From positions 992,001-1,056,000 of the forward strand of contig CM068756.1 in the NCBI GenBank assembly GCA_035084275.1: a DNA stretch of 64,000 bases, given 5' to 3'. The notes beneath the pieces were generated by a model. That model was not told the origin of the DNA. It saw only the letters and a list, made by a program, of their open reading frames with translations, and did not search any database. This DNA is from Hydrolagus colliei (taxonomy: Eukaryota). Below, in pieces: positions 40,496-53,458 of this stretch (position 1 is the stretch's first letter; each line of letters opens with the position of its first letter). The position numbers and the translations under genes were made by a program.

Positions 40496-40596
40496 CTAAT
40501 TAAATAACATGTCCAACAATGAGAAGTTAGTCCAGATAAATATCTAAATTGCATACTTTGTTCAAATAAATGTTACATAAATAAATCCACAAAATA

Positions 40597-40712
40597 CCAC
40601 AAAACACAGTCAATTCACTTTCCAGTATATTCTGTGAAGCGCTTTGAGATGTTTCGAAGACATTATTATATCAAAGATGTTATATCAAATAAAAGGATAT
40701 TTTTTATTATTT
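40597..40712 (+). mobile_element. SINE 3' part
   Basis: CAGTCAATTCACTTTCCAGTATATTCTGTGAAGCGCTTTGAGA. Confidence 0.75.
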
Positions 40713-42023
40713 TCCCCTTTAATTCTGTCCTTACAGTGCTTTGGGATGTCCTCTTGATACGAAAGGTGCTACACAAATGTGATTTTGTTATTCTTGTTGT
40801 CTGTGCGTTTAAGATACAGTTCTACTTAATTTGCAATTAAGACACCAAAATACCAAAGGATGGAGGTCGTGTCCCATGAAATTCTGTGTTTCTTTGGAGA
40901 ATGAAAGCATTTGAAATTCTTTATGGTCAATTCTAACATCTTTCAGTTGCTCTTGTTCTGTTGATTTGTATGAATATATTTGTTTAAGCAATAAGGGCTG
41001 ATGACATCTTTGGGGGATAATGGCTCTGAGGAGTTACCTAGACTGACAATGTCAGCACCAAATTAACATAATCAAATAATGAATAAGTTAATGAATAAAT
41101 AAATAAGAAGCACTGAGGGTAATTATAATGGAACCCTCCCTCCTGCATAAACAAAATCCCTTAATTTTAAAAATCACAAGGTTAGTTACTGGATATTTGA
41201 AATAAGAACAGAAATGCTGGAAATGTACAAAAACAAATCAGAATCATGAAATCTAATGTTTTACCAATTAGTCTTTATCATAATTGAAACAGTGGGATGA
41301 TATATGGTGCAGAGGAGGACAAGGCAAGCAAAATAAATTAGGAAGGAGAAAAATCATCTTGATCAGCATTAACAGAATCCTATCAATGCTATTCATGCGA
41401 ATATCAGGGAACAAAGCAAAATTACATGAGATAGCACCAAAAAGATGTGAAATTATATTACAATTTAGCGAACGTAAAGGGGAATGGGAGAAGAAAGCCG
41501 AATCTGGGAAACCTTGAAAAGGAAAACAGGGGCAATAGCTGAGGTTCAATGATGTTACAATTAAAATTAATCATTATGATTCCCTTGGAAAATCTAAAAT
41601 ATGATCCATTTGTGGATTTGCAGCATTTCAGTTTTTATTTCAAATATACTTTTAGCTTCAGTGAGACCATTGAGTTCCGGAATATTCCAGTCTCCTTTCT
41701 CCTCTTTGATGTATTTTAATCTCTTTGCTGCGCTGGATTTCATATTGCTAACACAGCACGTTTACATAGTGTACATTGGACATAGCGTTCCAAGTAATCA
41801 CAACAGATTACTCCTCAATAAACCTGGTATAATGACATCACAAATGTTAATCCTCTTGTGAATGTCATCATGCATCAAGAACATGTTAAGTGCAAGGACA
41901 CTTGGCACCTGCATTGACAGACGCTGCTGGCACATATGCAGTCAAAATTGAATAACATTTTCACATAAAATTGAACCAGTGTATATTATAAACAATTATG
42001 CATACTGAGAGTGATTTCAATGC

Positions 42024-42051
42024 TAATCTGATTAGGGCCCTAATCTAATTA
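42024..42051. promoter_or_regulatory. Tandem paired-class homeodomain P3 sites (candidate enhancer core)
   Basis: TAATCTGATTA-GGGCCC-TAATCTAATTA, two TAAT-N3-ATTA sites; motif evidence only. Confidence 0.45.
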
Positions 42052-42197
42052 AGTAAATGCCAAGTAATTTTTCCATATTCTGTATAAATTATTCTGTATA
42101 TAATGCATCTGCATGCATTTCCCAAGACTGTGTATGCTTTCAGGGATGAATTAATAAAGAATAATTATTGCAAGAATGAAGTGCCCATTACTGTGTA

Positions 42198-42908
42198 CAG
42201 TAGAAGTTCGTTTATGTGTGATTCGATGAACTGGCACTTCCGTATAACCGACACGTCCAAAAAAAGTCCCCATTCGGTAACCCTGAACATATCCAGAACA
42301 ATAGCGGTGAAGCATTTGTAAATACATAAATAGTAACAGATAATAACATAATTGTTATTGTATTGGTGCTTATTGTTAAAACTTCTCTCTTGCGCTTCTC
42401 ACCTGTACTGGTAGATGCTGCAGTTGAGGTTTATAGTCCAGCGATTCTTTTTAAAATGGAGGACGCCAAGCGGGTGAAAAAAACTGAGCACAACTTTAAA
42501 GCATTACTAGCGGCAAGCCGATGCCCCTAGTCAATACCCACACTGTCGCGCAGGTACAGTATTTTGGTTTGCCGCTTGTAGAGTCTAGGGTTATCAGCTT
42601 GCCGCTGGTAGTCGCGCGATTTTAAAGTCGCGCTGACGTTTTTTTCACCTGCATGGCGTTGCAAAAAGAATCGCTGGACTGTATACCTCAACCAGTAAAG
42701 GTGAGAAACGCAAGAGAGTAGTTTTAACAATAGGTACCAATACAATATTCTGTTATTATCTGTTATTATCTGATGTGTATGGTGTGTGTTAAAAGAACTT
42801 TAATTTTTTTGTGGTGGGGTTTCGGCCGTGGGCCGCTCGAATATCCGGCAGGCGCTTTAACTGGTAATGGCCAGGGCCCGCGGGTGCCCTATAAACGGGC
42901 TTTTACTG
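42198..42908. mobile_element. Tigger/pogo non-autonomous element with internal fold-back, 711 bp
   Basis: TA-CAGTAGAAG...ATAAACGGGCTTTTACTG-TA; both ends similar to the 18318 MITE; internal inverted arms at about 42333-42530 and 42585-42770. Confidence 0.85.
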
Positions 42909-42911
42909 TAT

Positions 42912-43005
42912 ATTTCCATGGATGCTGCTTGACCTGCTGAGTTTTCCCAGCAACTTTTGTTTTTGTTTCAGATTCCCAGCATCTGTAGTATTTTGTGTTT
43001 TGTTT
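42912..43005 (+). repeat. Common shark interspersed repeat terminus (possibly Penelope-associated)
   Basis: GATGCTGCTTGACCTGCTGAGTTTTCCCAGCA...TTTCAGATTCCCAGCATCTG; degenerate inverse copies at about 14620-14670 and 41188-41230; family assignment from memory. Confidence 0.45.
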
Positions 43006-43136
43006 TACTCTATATCATTGTGTAAGTATATACATAGTCCCATAGTCACCTCACAGTTTCTCTGCTCACAACTTGCAACAGCTTCAGAATGCAAATAATT
43101 GAGACCAATAACATTCTGGAAATAGAACAGTGAAAT

Positions 43137-43197
43137 GGGGGGGGGGGGGGGAGGAGTGGGGTTGGGGGGGGGGGGGGGGGGGGGTTGGGGAGAGGGG
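43137..43197. repeat. Poly-G tract, G-quadruplex-capable on + strand
   Basis: Multiple long G runs separated by short A/T linkers. Confidence 0.9.
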
Positions 43198-43375
43198 AAG
43201 AAGTCTAAGGACATCCTTCCAGCAATTTATCAAAAATATTGTGCCATATTTTCTCCTGACTTGAAAACATTTAGAACTTAAAAGCGTGGTGAAATAGCAA
43301 ATTCCATTGCACACCATTGTAGGCTTTCTACAATGCTAGGAAGATTAATTGCAGGTTCTCTCCTTGTGGACTGAC

Positions 43376-43606
43376 CTGATTGTTCGCTTCTGTTAATTCG
43401 CCCTCCAGGATCTGCTTGGCACATTCCAGCTCCGTGATCTTCTTCATGCAAGACTGGTATTTCTGCTTAAATACATCCAGAGTGATTTCAACAGATTTAC
43501 ATTTCTGATTGGCTTCGACTAAACAGTCGTCGGAGTCAAACTGCTGCCGTCTGAGCTGAGACATTTCCGCTTCCTGTTTGTGCAGAACCTCCTCACACCG
43601 ACACAC
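43376..43606 (-). CDS. PMFBP1: PMFBP1-like exon (231 nt, phase 0-0)
   Basis: ttgtcag|GTG...CAG|gtcagt; LDVFKQKYQSCMKKITELECAKQILEGEL resembles recalled PMFBP1 [29 protein letters not shown]. Confidence 0.85.
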
Positions 43607-44577
43607 CTGACAAACATGCATGCGGAAAGTGTCAGTTTTCACAAAACAGGTGAAGATGTAGAGGTGTGAAGGTTGTAAATTATCAAAACTTGTTGGGACA
43701 CAGAAGACTTGGTTGTTTTCTCTAAACCTAAAATAGGTACTTTGTTTTGCTTGCATATGTTGAAATTTCCAATTACTCCACCAGACAATCATACCTGCCT
43801 GAATAGAGTGACATTGCATGTGTCGTAAATGATTGCTTATCACATCACACATTATACAAAAGGAAAAGGAAACATAACTTGTCTTGGCACTTTGGCTATG
43901 TATGGGAGGAAGACGTCTTAAAATGTTGACATCTGATGGTCTATCATAAAGAATACTGGATGTTATCCATATTTATGCAATGTGTGCAATAACACGTGAT
44001 ATTTATTGGCAGCTAAAATCAGCATCTAAGAATGAAAAGTATCTGGATTTGCACTGAGACAATCCAGGTGCTGACGGATGGAGCCTGCAGCTGACGTCAG
44101 CTGCGCAAGACTCAAAGCCTGCATCTGACCTGAAATGTCAGGTCTTTTCAAGGGTGCAGCTCAGTGCTGTCAATAATGATTTCTCTAAATACGTTAGGTA
44201 GGATTTTTTTTTGTGAATCGTGTGGCTGAGACGTTTAAAAGAGGTACTTTGCAGTGGAAATACTTTCCCTCATAGAATACACTATGAATTCCTGCTCAAG
44301 AAATAAAAATGTTTTCTCAGGAAAATCCTTTTTTGGTCATCGGGGAAACGACCTGTAGTTTAGGAAAAGAACCACTTAAATAAATGTCTTGTTTCCTCAG
44401 GTGATCATCATCATTGTAGTTTCCCATGATGGTCTCATACAGTAGGCATGTGTGCAATCTTTCAAATCTAAGGGTACCATTGGATGTTAAGGAATATTTT
44501 GGAAACGCGCTCTTATCATATGATCATTTAATGACCATCAACAAGATAGTTGATGGTCTATCAACTATGAGCCTTAC

Positions 44578-44820
44578 TTCATCTACCACCTCTTGATGAA
44601 GCCGATGTCCGCGCTGCATGTCAGCATTTAGCACGTCCACTGTGCATTTGTACTGCTGCATTTTGGCCATTCTCTCCTGCAATTCCTTGGTACAAGAATC
44701 CAGCTCCTTCTGAAGTTGAGCCTTTTCACGGCTGAAGCGGTCCATTTCCGATTCATGTGCCCGTTTGCTGGCTTCCAGTTCTTTCTGCAGCTGATCCATG
44801 GATTTCTCCTGATTCTGACT
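44578..44820 (-). CDS. PMFBP1-like exon (243 nt, phase 0-0)
   Basis: tccttag|AGT...GAA|gtaagg; SQNQEKSMDQLQKELEASKRAHESEMDRFSREKAQLQKELDSC...HQEVVDE; nearby in-frame AGs make the acceptor slightly uncertain. Confidence 0.8.
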
Positions 44821-47800
44821 CTAAGGATGCACAAGCACAATTTGGAAGGTCTCACATTACCTTGTGTTTCCAGCAGCTTACTCTACGTATACATACCATC
44901 TGTACCAGTGAAGGGGAGCTTTCAAATAAATATGCAGTCATTTGGGACGTGTTCTTGGTGTAACGGTGGAAAATTTCCTTTCAAAACAGTTCCATCAGTT
45001 TTGAATAAATAAAGTGTTGTAGATTTGGAAAGGACCAAATATGGAATGAACGTAATGGAGAAATCTTAGCTTGTAGCTCACATGTAAAAGGGGAGGGGAA
45101 GAGAAGAAACATAACTCAGTTGTTCAGTCAAGTAAATACAAGTAAATTCTGTAAATGAAAGCCACCAGCAGCACTGATGTAATTGTCCAAAGCATAAAAA
45201 TTAAGTCCTTATTCTGCACAATTCACACAGATAAGACAAACATGCCACTGCTCTCCATGAATGTTAAAACCAGAAGCAACAGTCTGTACTGATTTGGTGT
45301 GTATGTTTGTTGCCTAGGAGGACTTTGTAAAAACAATGCCCTTGTCAATCTGTGTTTGTGTATGTGTGTGTCTGTGAATACTCAATGTGTTTCTGTTATA
45401 AAATGAGAGCATATAGGTTGTCGCTTTCGTATAAATATGTGAGAATCTTACAAAGTGAGGAACAGTCAGCATGATTTCACTTTCGTTTTAGTTTATACTG
45501 CTTTGAATAGGTCAATTTTACAAGGTTTGAGGCTATAGAATTCAACATTCATAAGTATGATTTTTGTGCATCTATGATCAGTACTCTTCATATTTATGTT
45601 GATGAACACATTAAATGGTGGAGTAATGTGAAATTCATAAATAAAACACTTGGATCTTTTGGGGAGCAGTGTCTACTTAAAATGTATTTTAACCAGTAAA
45701 GAATATATTGTTCCAGCTTAACATCAGCTTGTTAAATATTAAATGTTGTCAGTGTTTAAAACAAATTCTAGTCATGAAGAATAACAGGACATGTGTTTTG
45801 TTTTATTCCTCCAGGAACAGCCATCTTTAGAGTGAGATAACTATCGCCCTGTCTATCACTGCTGCTGATTGAGTAGGTTATACCACAAAAATGTAGATGC
45901 ATCAGCTAGTATTAAATCTATCTACGTCTTTAAATCCCAACAACCTGTTAGCCTTTTGATGTAAATGTTATTGTAATGTTATTTAATACATGGCAAATCT
46001 TTCAGATAGCATTTAATTTGTGGAATTCACAAAAAATTCAATCTTAGTACATATTTGCTCTCTGTGTATAAAAGGAGGGGTATTGAAAATTAATTAGGTA
46101 AATGACATGTGTCCATTCTCAGATCCAAGAGAGGACAGGTACTATTACCAATATTTAATGTGTTGCTCGGGTCACAGTGAAGGATGACAATATTGTGGCA
46201 TAAAGTCAACTTGTGCAATGCCCCATTTTTCGTTGTCACTCTTCATATTAGATAGTGATCAAGTGGCATCTGTTAGTAACCCCCTTCAGCACTGTTTGAA
46301 AGTTTGCATTTTTAAATAATTCCATGTAGGCAACCAAAGCATTCTTGCAAATGACTGTCAATCATATATACTAAGCAAAATAGCACGGCCTTCAGGACAC
46401 TGGTAATTGAAGCTTCCATTCATTGACTATGTATTGATGAGGAAAGCATTTAAAAAATAACTTAATACAGTATAATTAAATTTTGTGCATTTCGGTGGAT
46501 TATTCATCATTAAGTGCCTTGAGAGTAAATCCAATTATAGTGCTATTCTCCACAACCCAAACAAATAACACAGGAGTAGGGAAAATAGAATAATCTCTGT
46601 GGAGAAAGAGGAAATTGTGCTACCCCACTCACAAATCACACCTCATTCATTATATATGGAGGAGGAGCATGAGAGCTCACACCCACAATTCACCTCAGTG
46701 TATATTCTCTCTTTTCTAAACAGCAAACTGTCTGATAGAATGTTGAAGGTAAATTTCCAGTAATGGTTGTGCCATTAAAGTGCGACACTGAGTGAAATTG
46801 TAACAGACAGAAGGAGTCACCCTGAGCTACTCGTGTGTGTCTCCGCGCAAAGTAGTGCTGCCAGAGGAGTGAGAGAAAGTTCCCTAGGTCACTCTTTGTT
46901 CTATCAAAGACGACTATGATCAGGAAGAGAACAGTAGTTACCTCCTTCAATATCACCCTCCTGCAACTAAGATATAGATGACTAGGTATACAAAATCCTT
47001 GATAGAGTCAAGATCCCTTTCCCTTCACAAGATCTGCTGTGTTTGAAATCCCCCCCCATTAATTATATACACAAATTTTAAGCCAGTTGAGATCTAATAA
47101 AACATGAATAACAATTAAAAATAAAATTTGCACGAAGGCATTAAAATGTATGCCCTATGTGTTATTCACAGATTATATTAGATCAGCATAAAAAAAGTAG
47201 TGCATGGATCAGGAGGTTTTAGGCTTGATTCTTGGGCTGGTCTGAGTGAGTGGCAACCCGTGATTAATATGTAACCCAAAGTGACTCAGTCCTGCAAAAG
47301 AGGGGAGAGTTAAAGTAGGAAAAAGTGGGCCATGGGTTTACAGACCATGCTTAGGAATCTTAAAATAGATTAGTTTAAATTAAAGTTGACTCTTTTACTC
47401 TGATTAGCAAAGATGTCTTCAAAACGGTGATTATCTTAATTCTAAATATAATGATTCTACTTGTATTTAGTTTTATTTCACTGAGCTTCTGCGTTATTTA
47501 TCAAGCGCATAATTCAATACATTTGAAGCATTCATCTTTCATATGATTCTGTTAGTAGTTCACAGCAAATGGACATTGCATTACAACATTGCAAATGAAA
47601 AATCTGGGAGGATAAATGGCTAAAGTAATTTGATATGTAGCGTACAGGCTTATTCTGCTATTTAGAACTGGTAAGTGTCTTCAGAGATAAAGATGCCCTA
47701 CTTTTTCAATACGGTTTAGCTGCTCATTATTCTTCATTAATGAAAGCATACCCTGTTATACTGTGCGCTTTAAAAATACTCCGAGTTACATCATACGAGA

Positions 47801-49594
47801 ATGTTCCATGCTACAATTCAACATGCAAACAAAGTGAGAATAAAGAAAAAGCCTAAAGCTATGTAACCGGTGAAATGTTTCCCTTCCATATTCCCTACTT
47901 GTTGCAGATTAATCAAGCGTTTGAAGAGTCAGAAGAATTTATTTACATTGACATTTTAAAGTTGAATGCCACAATATTTTTAGTTGACGTTCTGTATCAG
48001 CTACGTTTCATCATCTGTTTTTGAGTAACTGATCTGTCTCCCATGAGGATACACAGCTTTTTTTTTGCTTTTATTTTCATTCGTTCTATATGTCTTGCCA
48101 CAATTGGTTTATCCAACCTTTGTTCATCCAAAATCTCTGCCAATTAATTAAATTCCATTTTGTACCTACTACTTATTTTATTACCTGTACTTTTGTTTTT
48201 TGTCCACTTGAGCTACATATTTGGGAAAACGTGGGTTATTTGACAAAATAGAATTACACTTATATATTAGCACATATAATATGCTTACAATAGAATGGAT
48301 GGTACTGTAATGATGCACAATTAAGGCATATGTAACAGTGAAATTGCATTTCCCTTCATCTTTTTGTTTTTCATGTTATAATATGCATTGAATATTACCA
48401 TTAATATTTTAAAAAGCAATACAATGAGTCTTCAAAAGATGAAAAGAAGGTGTCTGAGTGAGAATACATTTATTTAAAGTGGAATGTTGATTTGGAGACG
48501 ATTAAGAGAGCATGAAAACTATGTTAACAATTCTAAAAAACACAAGGATAAAAATAAATGCCAGCACATCTGCGAAGAAAAAGAAAATTAAAGCGTTAGT
48601 CATCAAAAATCCGGCTAAGCCGAGCTTTAGCATCGTTGTCAAACCCCAATTTCTCAAACTAACTAATCTGAAAACACCCTTTGGCAATTTAAAATGAGCC
48701 AGAAATATGAACATGCTCCTATGATAGTCTGCTTTTTTGCCCCTTGATTAATTTTGAATGGAGCTCAAACACTATTTGCATATAATTTTTGTGTGTCAGA
48801 CCTTGACATGGAACCCTTTCATCAACCAAGCTTGTCAAACAGGAAATTCTGAATCTCATTTAGTTTCTAATATCATTTTCATGATGCAGAGTGGAAAAAA
48901 ATGTCTAAGATAACCCGCTTCATCAATCAAAATTAAGAAACACTTTTCTAGGAGAGTGCTGGTCAATCAGAATTCCAATATCCCTGGATGATTAAACATA
49001 CCTGTTTTCTAAGCTAGAGGAAAGAAAGCAAATGTCCCAGTAATTTGCCAGCAATGAATACATTACCGCTTCACCTTTAGTCACTGACCTCAACCTTTTT
49101 TACTCTTTTTTTTAAAATTGTCGGCATACTGCTTATTATTTTGTACAGGGCTATACGCTTGATTACCTGCAAAATGCGTTGCCACAATCTCTTTCCAAAT
49201 GAAGCAGAAAGAAATCATTAAAAATTAATGTCATGCCGGTTGCTTCAATATGAGAAAAAAGTTCATGTAAATCATTTTGAAATATCACGTAATTTTTCCC
49301 ACATAAGACTGACAGAAATGAATACACTTTATTCCATTTTAATTGTTATAATTTTGAAAGATAAAAGGTCAGATGAAGAAGATAGAAAGCGAGTGACAGT
49401 TTCCAGTTGTAATCGTGCCAATTAACCCCCTTGGTACCAAATTTTCAACGTTCTCTTTAATACGCAATTATGTTTTCCTACTTCCACACAAATACAGACA
49501 AATTTGAGTACAAATTTGTGAAGCATTTTGAGATGTGCTTTATATAAACATCTCTGTAAATATTTATAATTTAAATATTGCAGGTGAATACTAA

Positions 49595-49780
49595 CAATAA
49601 TAATAAATAATAATCCTTGCATTTGATGTAGTGCCTTATGACATGTTCAAAACTTCCCAAAGTACTTAATGGGACTTTCCTCTAAATTGTACTGTCTGTA
49701 TCTGTAGGTGAATGTGGTAGCCAATTCAATGTCCAACAAACAGCCATGAAGTGAACGGCCATTTTGTTCTGGGGGATTTA
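49595..49780 (-). mobile_element. Degenerate SINE 3' part
   Basis: (AAT)n-CCTTGCATTTGATG start and remnant GCCAATT core. Confidence 0.6.
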
Positions 49781-50774
49781 TGACCAAAACACCAAGAGAA
49801 ACTGAAGGCGTGAAGTCAAAAGTTTCCATTCCTACAATATTACCAGCCATTCGGAATTCTCTAACAATACATAGTGACTTCAATTAATATTATCTTTAAA
49901 AATGTGGACATGATATATTAAAATGGCAAGTACATGTACTAATTGAAAGAATAAGCAGGTTCACTCTTGTGGTAAATAAGTCCTTTATAACAGCAATAAA
50001 ATGAATCTCTAGTCTAAACTCAACAACCCACGGCTTGTATTTAGTCTCTTGCTGTATTGCAACATCTTTGCTTTTGTCAACTCTTGATCCACAATTATGC
50101 TTCTTCAATAACATTTGCTAATACTTTCATATACACAAGCACTTTGACAGGGGAAACACTGATGCATAACAATGTCATTAAAGGAGCCTGATTGGTTGCC
50201 CTGAAGGTAGATAAGAATTACATATACATATTGCTGAACTTTTTTTCCTTATTATCTTTTGACACAACATGTAATGACCTCCCCCAGCCCCTCAGCCTAT
50301 ACATAGATTAGAAAGATTAGCATTTATGTTAACCTCCCTTAACATTTTTGTTTGATAATGTTTAATGAATAGGTTCAAATAGGTTAAGGTTTTTTAAAAC
50401 TCATGGATTGCGATAAAATACTTGTTTCTCATTGTGAGGCGAGGAGATAAAGAAACCTCTTTGATTTGAAATCCATTGGTACTCAGCCAATCCTCAAGCA
50501 AAAGATGTGTTTTGGCAAGGAGGAATGAAATAGATTTTCAGTCATTCACAAGACAAGTCAAGTCAGCGAGAAAAAGCAAGGAGGAAATTGTTTAAAGAAA
50601 AGTTACAATAAAAAAGACAAAGTGGGAATAGGGAAGAAAACAAACAGATTGGAAAACAAGGGGGTGGCAGGGAGAATGCATATAAAGTTTTACATTTTAG
50701 AATTTAAATGAAGACAGGAATTTTTAAAATCCTACCATTACTCTTTGCTTTAATCAAAAACTAGATATTATTAA

Positions 50775-50860
50775 TAATAGTAATAATCCTTCCATTTGAT
50801 ATAGCACTTTATCACGTCTTTGAGATTGTAAAGTGAATTGACTGAGTATTTTGTGGGAAA
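50775..50860 (-). mobile_element. SINE tail fragment
   Basis: AATAATCCTTCCATTTGATATAGCAC...GTAAAGTGAATTGACTG. Confidence 0.65.
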
Positions 50861-52559
50861 AATATATTCAACTCACATAATGTAGTAAAGAAGAAGAATA
50901 TAAAAGGTATGAGATATATGATGGGCAAGACTCAAGGCGGTGGCTGAACATGTGTTATATTTAACATCGTTAATAGGTAGGATCAAACTTGATAGCAACT
51001 CGGCTATAATCAGAAACCTTACTTTTTCTGGAAGACCTTCAATTTTACAATGAGTAACTTTTCTAGTCTGATCAAAGAATAATTACAAACAAGTCACATA
51101 GGCATTTTTTGGGAAACATGCCCTTGGACTATAATGAGCTTCCCAAACGCAGTACACTTATGAATAAATGAAAGAAATGAATGAATAATTGAATAAACAA
51201 ATAAATAAATAAAGCCACAAATGTACAATGCACAAGAAAAAGGCGATACTATTATATGCTGCTGCTTTCAGAACCTGTCATTTAACTAAAAAAATTCCTA
51301 CATAAAAATTTTCAGCCAAATCCACAGGGTGGGGAAGATGTCATTTCATATCAATTATTTGTACTACTTATAAAATTTAAAGTTACTATCTGACAGAGTT
51401 TGAGAGATGCAATGCTGCTTTGACAACACTAGCTTCTAAGGTAATTTAAAGACAATATTTCTCAATGATTTAAGATGTGTAGAATAGTCCACTGAAACAG
51501 CAAAAAGAGCCATCACAAGTTAGGAGAAAACAGGTTCTGTCTTTCTTGCAGTAGAGCTCCAGATATTAGCTTCACAAAGCAGAGATCACGGTCTTAAATT
51601 CCAAATTAAATAGGGATTGTGGCGAGCCATTAATCTGAAGGCTGGAAAGAAAAACCCTTCGTGAATGTGAAGGGTAGAGTTCGAAGAGCAGTGTTACAGG
51701 AATGCAATCAGTGGGTATCTTAGGAGTTGTTGAGGTCTCTGATCTACATCAACTTGAAAGAGTGGATTCTGGAAACTATACACTTGCATTTTGTATTTCT
51801 CTTGAAGTTTGAGGAAAACTCACATAAATAAACCTTGCCAATAATCAAATAAGACAAGAAATTCCATAGCAAATGGGCTCAGGTACCACAAATGAGATAA
51901 AAATGTACAAGTTGGGGGAACTGGTATAAAAACAAGTTGAAGTTTGAGACACACGAGATCGCTCTTGTTCCTTTATGTCACCTCAGAGATAAAGAGCTCA
52001 CAAAAAAGTGTAAGGATACAGCCATAGACACCAACTTCTTGTTTGGGAAAGGTTGAATAATAATAATAATCCTTACATTGTCATCCTTCACTGTGACCTG
52101 AGCAATGACAAGAATGATACTTATCTTATGAAGTGGGCAGCTGTGCCATCTTAAAACTAGATAATATCCGTCCCCTCACACAAATGCCAAAGCCCTATTT
52201 TTTTTTCCAGTTCTGAATCTCATAACAAACCTTTCCTGTGTTTTGTGGGGGAAAAAATGTCAACAAATTGTGCATTATTATTTGAAGTACTTCTGTCAAC
52301 ATCTACAGCCCAATACTTGGCATAAATGATATACATACCATGGTATACCTCAATTAGAAGGAAGGATAGCTTCTTATTCTAGTTCATAAATGTAAGTTTT
52401 GTTTGTTCATAATAGTTACTCCAGAAACGAGCGTTACCTCACCTCATGGACACATATGCTATCATAACTATCCGCAGTATGTCAAGGTCCCACACTATCT
52501 ACCTTGATGTATTTCAGGAAATCAGAATACATTCAGAATAATGCCTAGTTGTATGACAG

Positions 52560-53080
52560 TGAGACATATAGTCTTCTGGAATACTTTAAAGTTTGCCTCA
52601 GTGGATGGATCACGTCACACGTAGTAGGCAGAAAAGGAAGGATGATTTAGGTTAGAGAGCTCAATTGCAGACATGCCCTACTCTTACAAGGGCATTGATA
52701 GTGAAGAAATACAGATTTAAAAGGTTAGCAAGTGAGAAGACAGAATGGTTATTATTTTGATCAAAAATCAACTGTAATAAGCATGTGGAGAAGACAAGGA
52801 AGTCAAAGCAAGATTTATTAGGGTGATGGACAGTTCTACCCTAATTTTGGCCCTGAGGGACAGCTCTGGCCAACTAATCACGTCCTGTGAGAGAATCACT
52901 ACCGAGTTGAAAGCATTCTGCTCACATCTATACGCCTCAGAGTATGGATCAATGGAAAGTGATCTTGACGCCTTCTTTACTGACATTACGCTTAGCAGAA
53001 TGCCAGACCTGGACAGAGAACATCTTGACAGAACCATTGAACTGAAAGGAATACAGACATGTCCTGCTTGGGAACTTGCC
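52560..53080 (+). mobile_element. L1-clade LINE ORF2 relic (endonuclease-RT linker region)
   Basis: WNTLKVCLSGWI (WealKaylRG-like) and ILALRDSSGQLITSCERITTELKAFCSHLYASE...FFTDITLSRM..LDRTI match the fish-type L1 pattern I..D..G......I...F..FY..LY.SE. Confidence 0.7.
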
Positions 53081-53458
53081 TGGAGGAGCTTCCCAGCACT
53101 TTATAAATTTTATAAATTGCACCAAGTTGGTTTGCCCCACTATTTCAGGAAGTGTATGAAGGAGGTAGACAAGATCAATGACATCTGTGTTAATCATTCT
53201 CAAAACGAAATAGGGGTTCTCATCCACGGGCAATGTGGAATTTTATGGACAAATCTTTGCGATTAGTTGAGTGCCAGCACAAATGTCAACTAACAAATTG
53301 AGTAACTTCATCTTCAGTTCACTTGGCGCATAAGTGTTCTTACCAACAACAAACTATCTTTGAATCATATATACTTGGCAAGCAACTAAGGCACCAGGTA
53401 CTAATTCAGTTTGTTAGTCTTCATAATTTTGGAGTAATAATGGAGCAGATTTAATGAC

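Noticed and set aside
43137-43197. Poly-G tract (and poly-C at 823-854) as functional G-quadruplex regulators
   Set aside because: Homopolymer lengths are error-prone in assemblies, the two tracts are on opposite strands relative to the gene, and there is no evidence of function
48512-48697. Lys-rich 61-aa ORF as a small basic protein
   Set aside because: A-rich composition explains it; no splice, promoter or homology support
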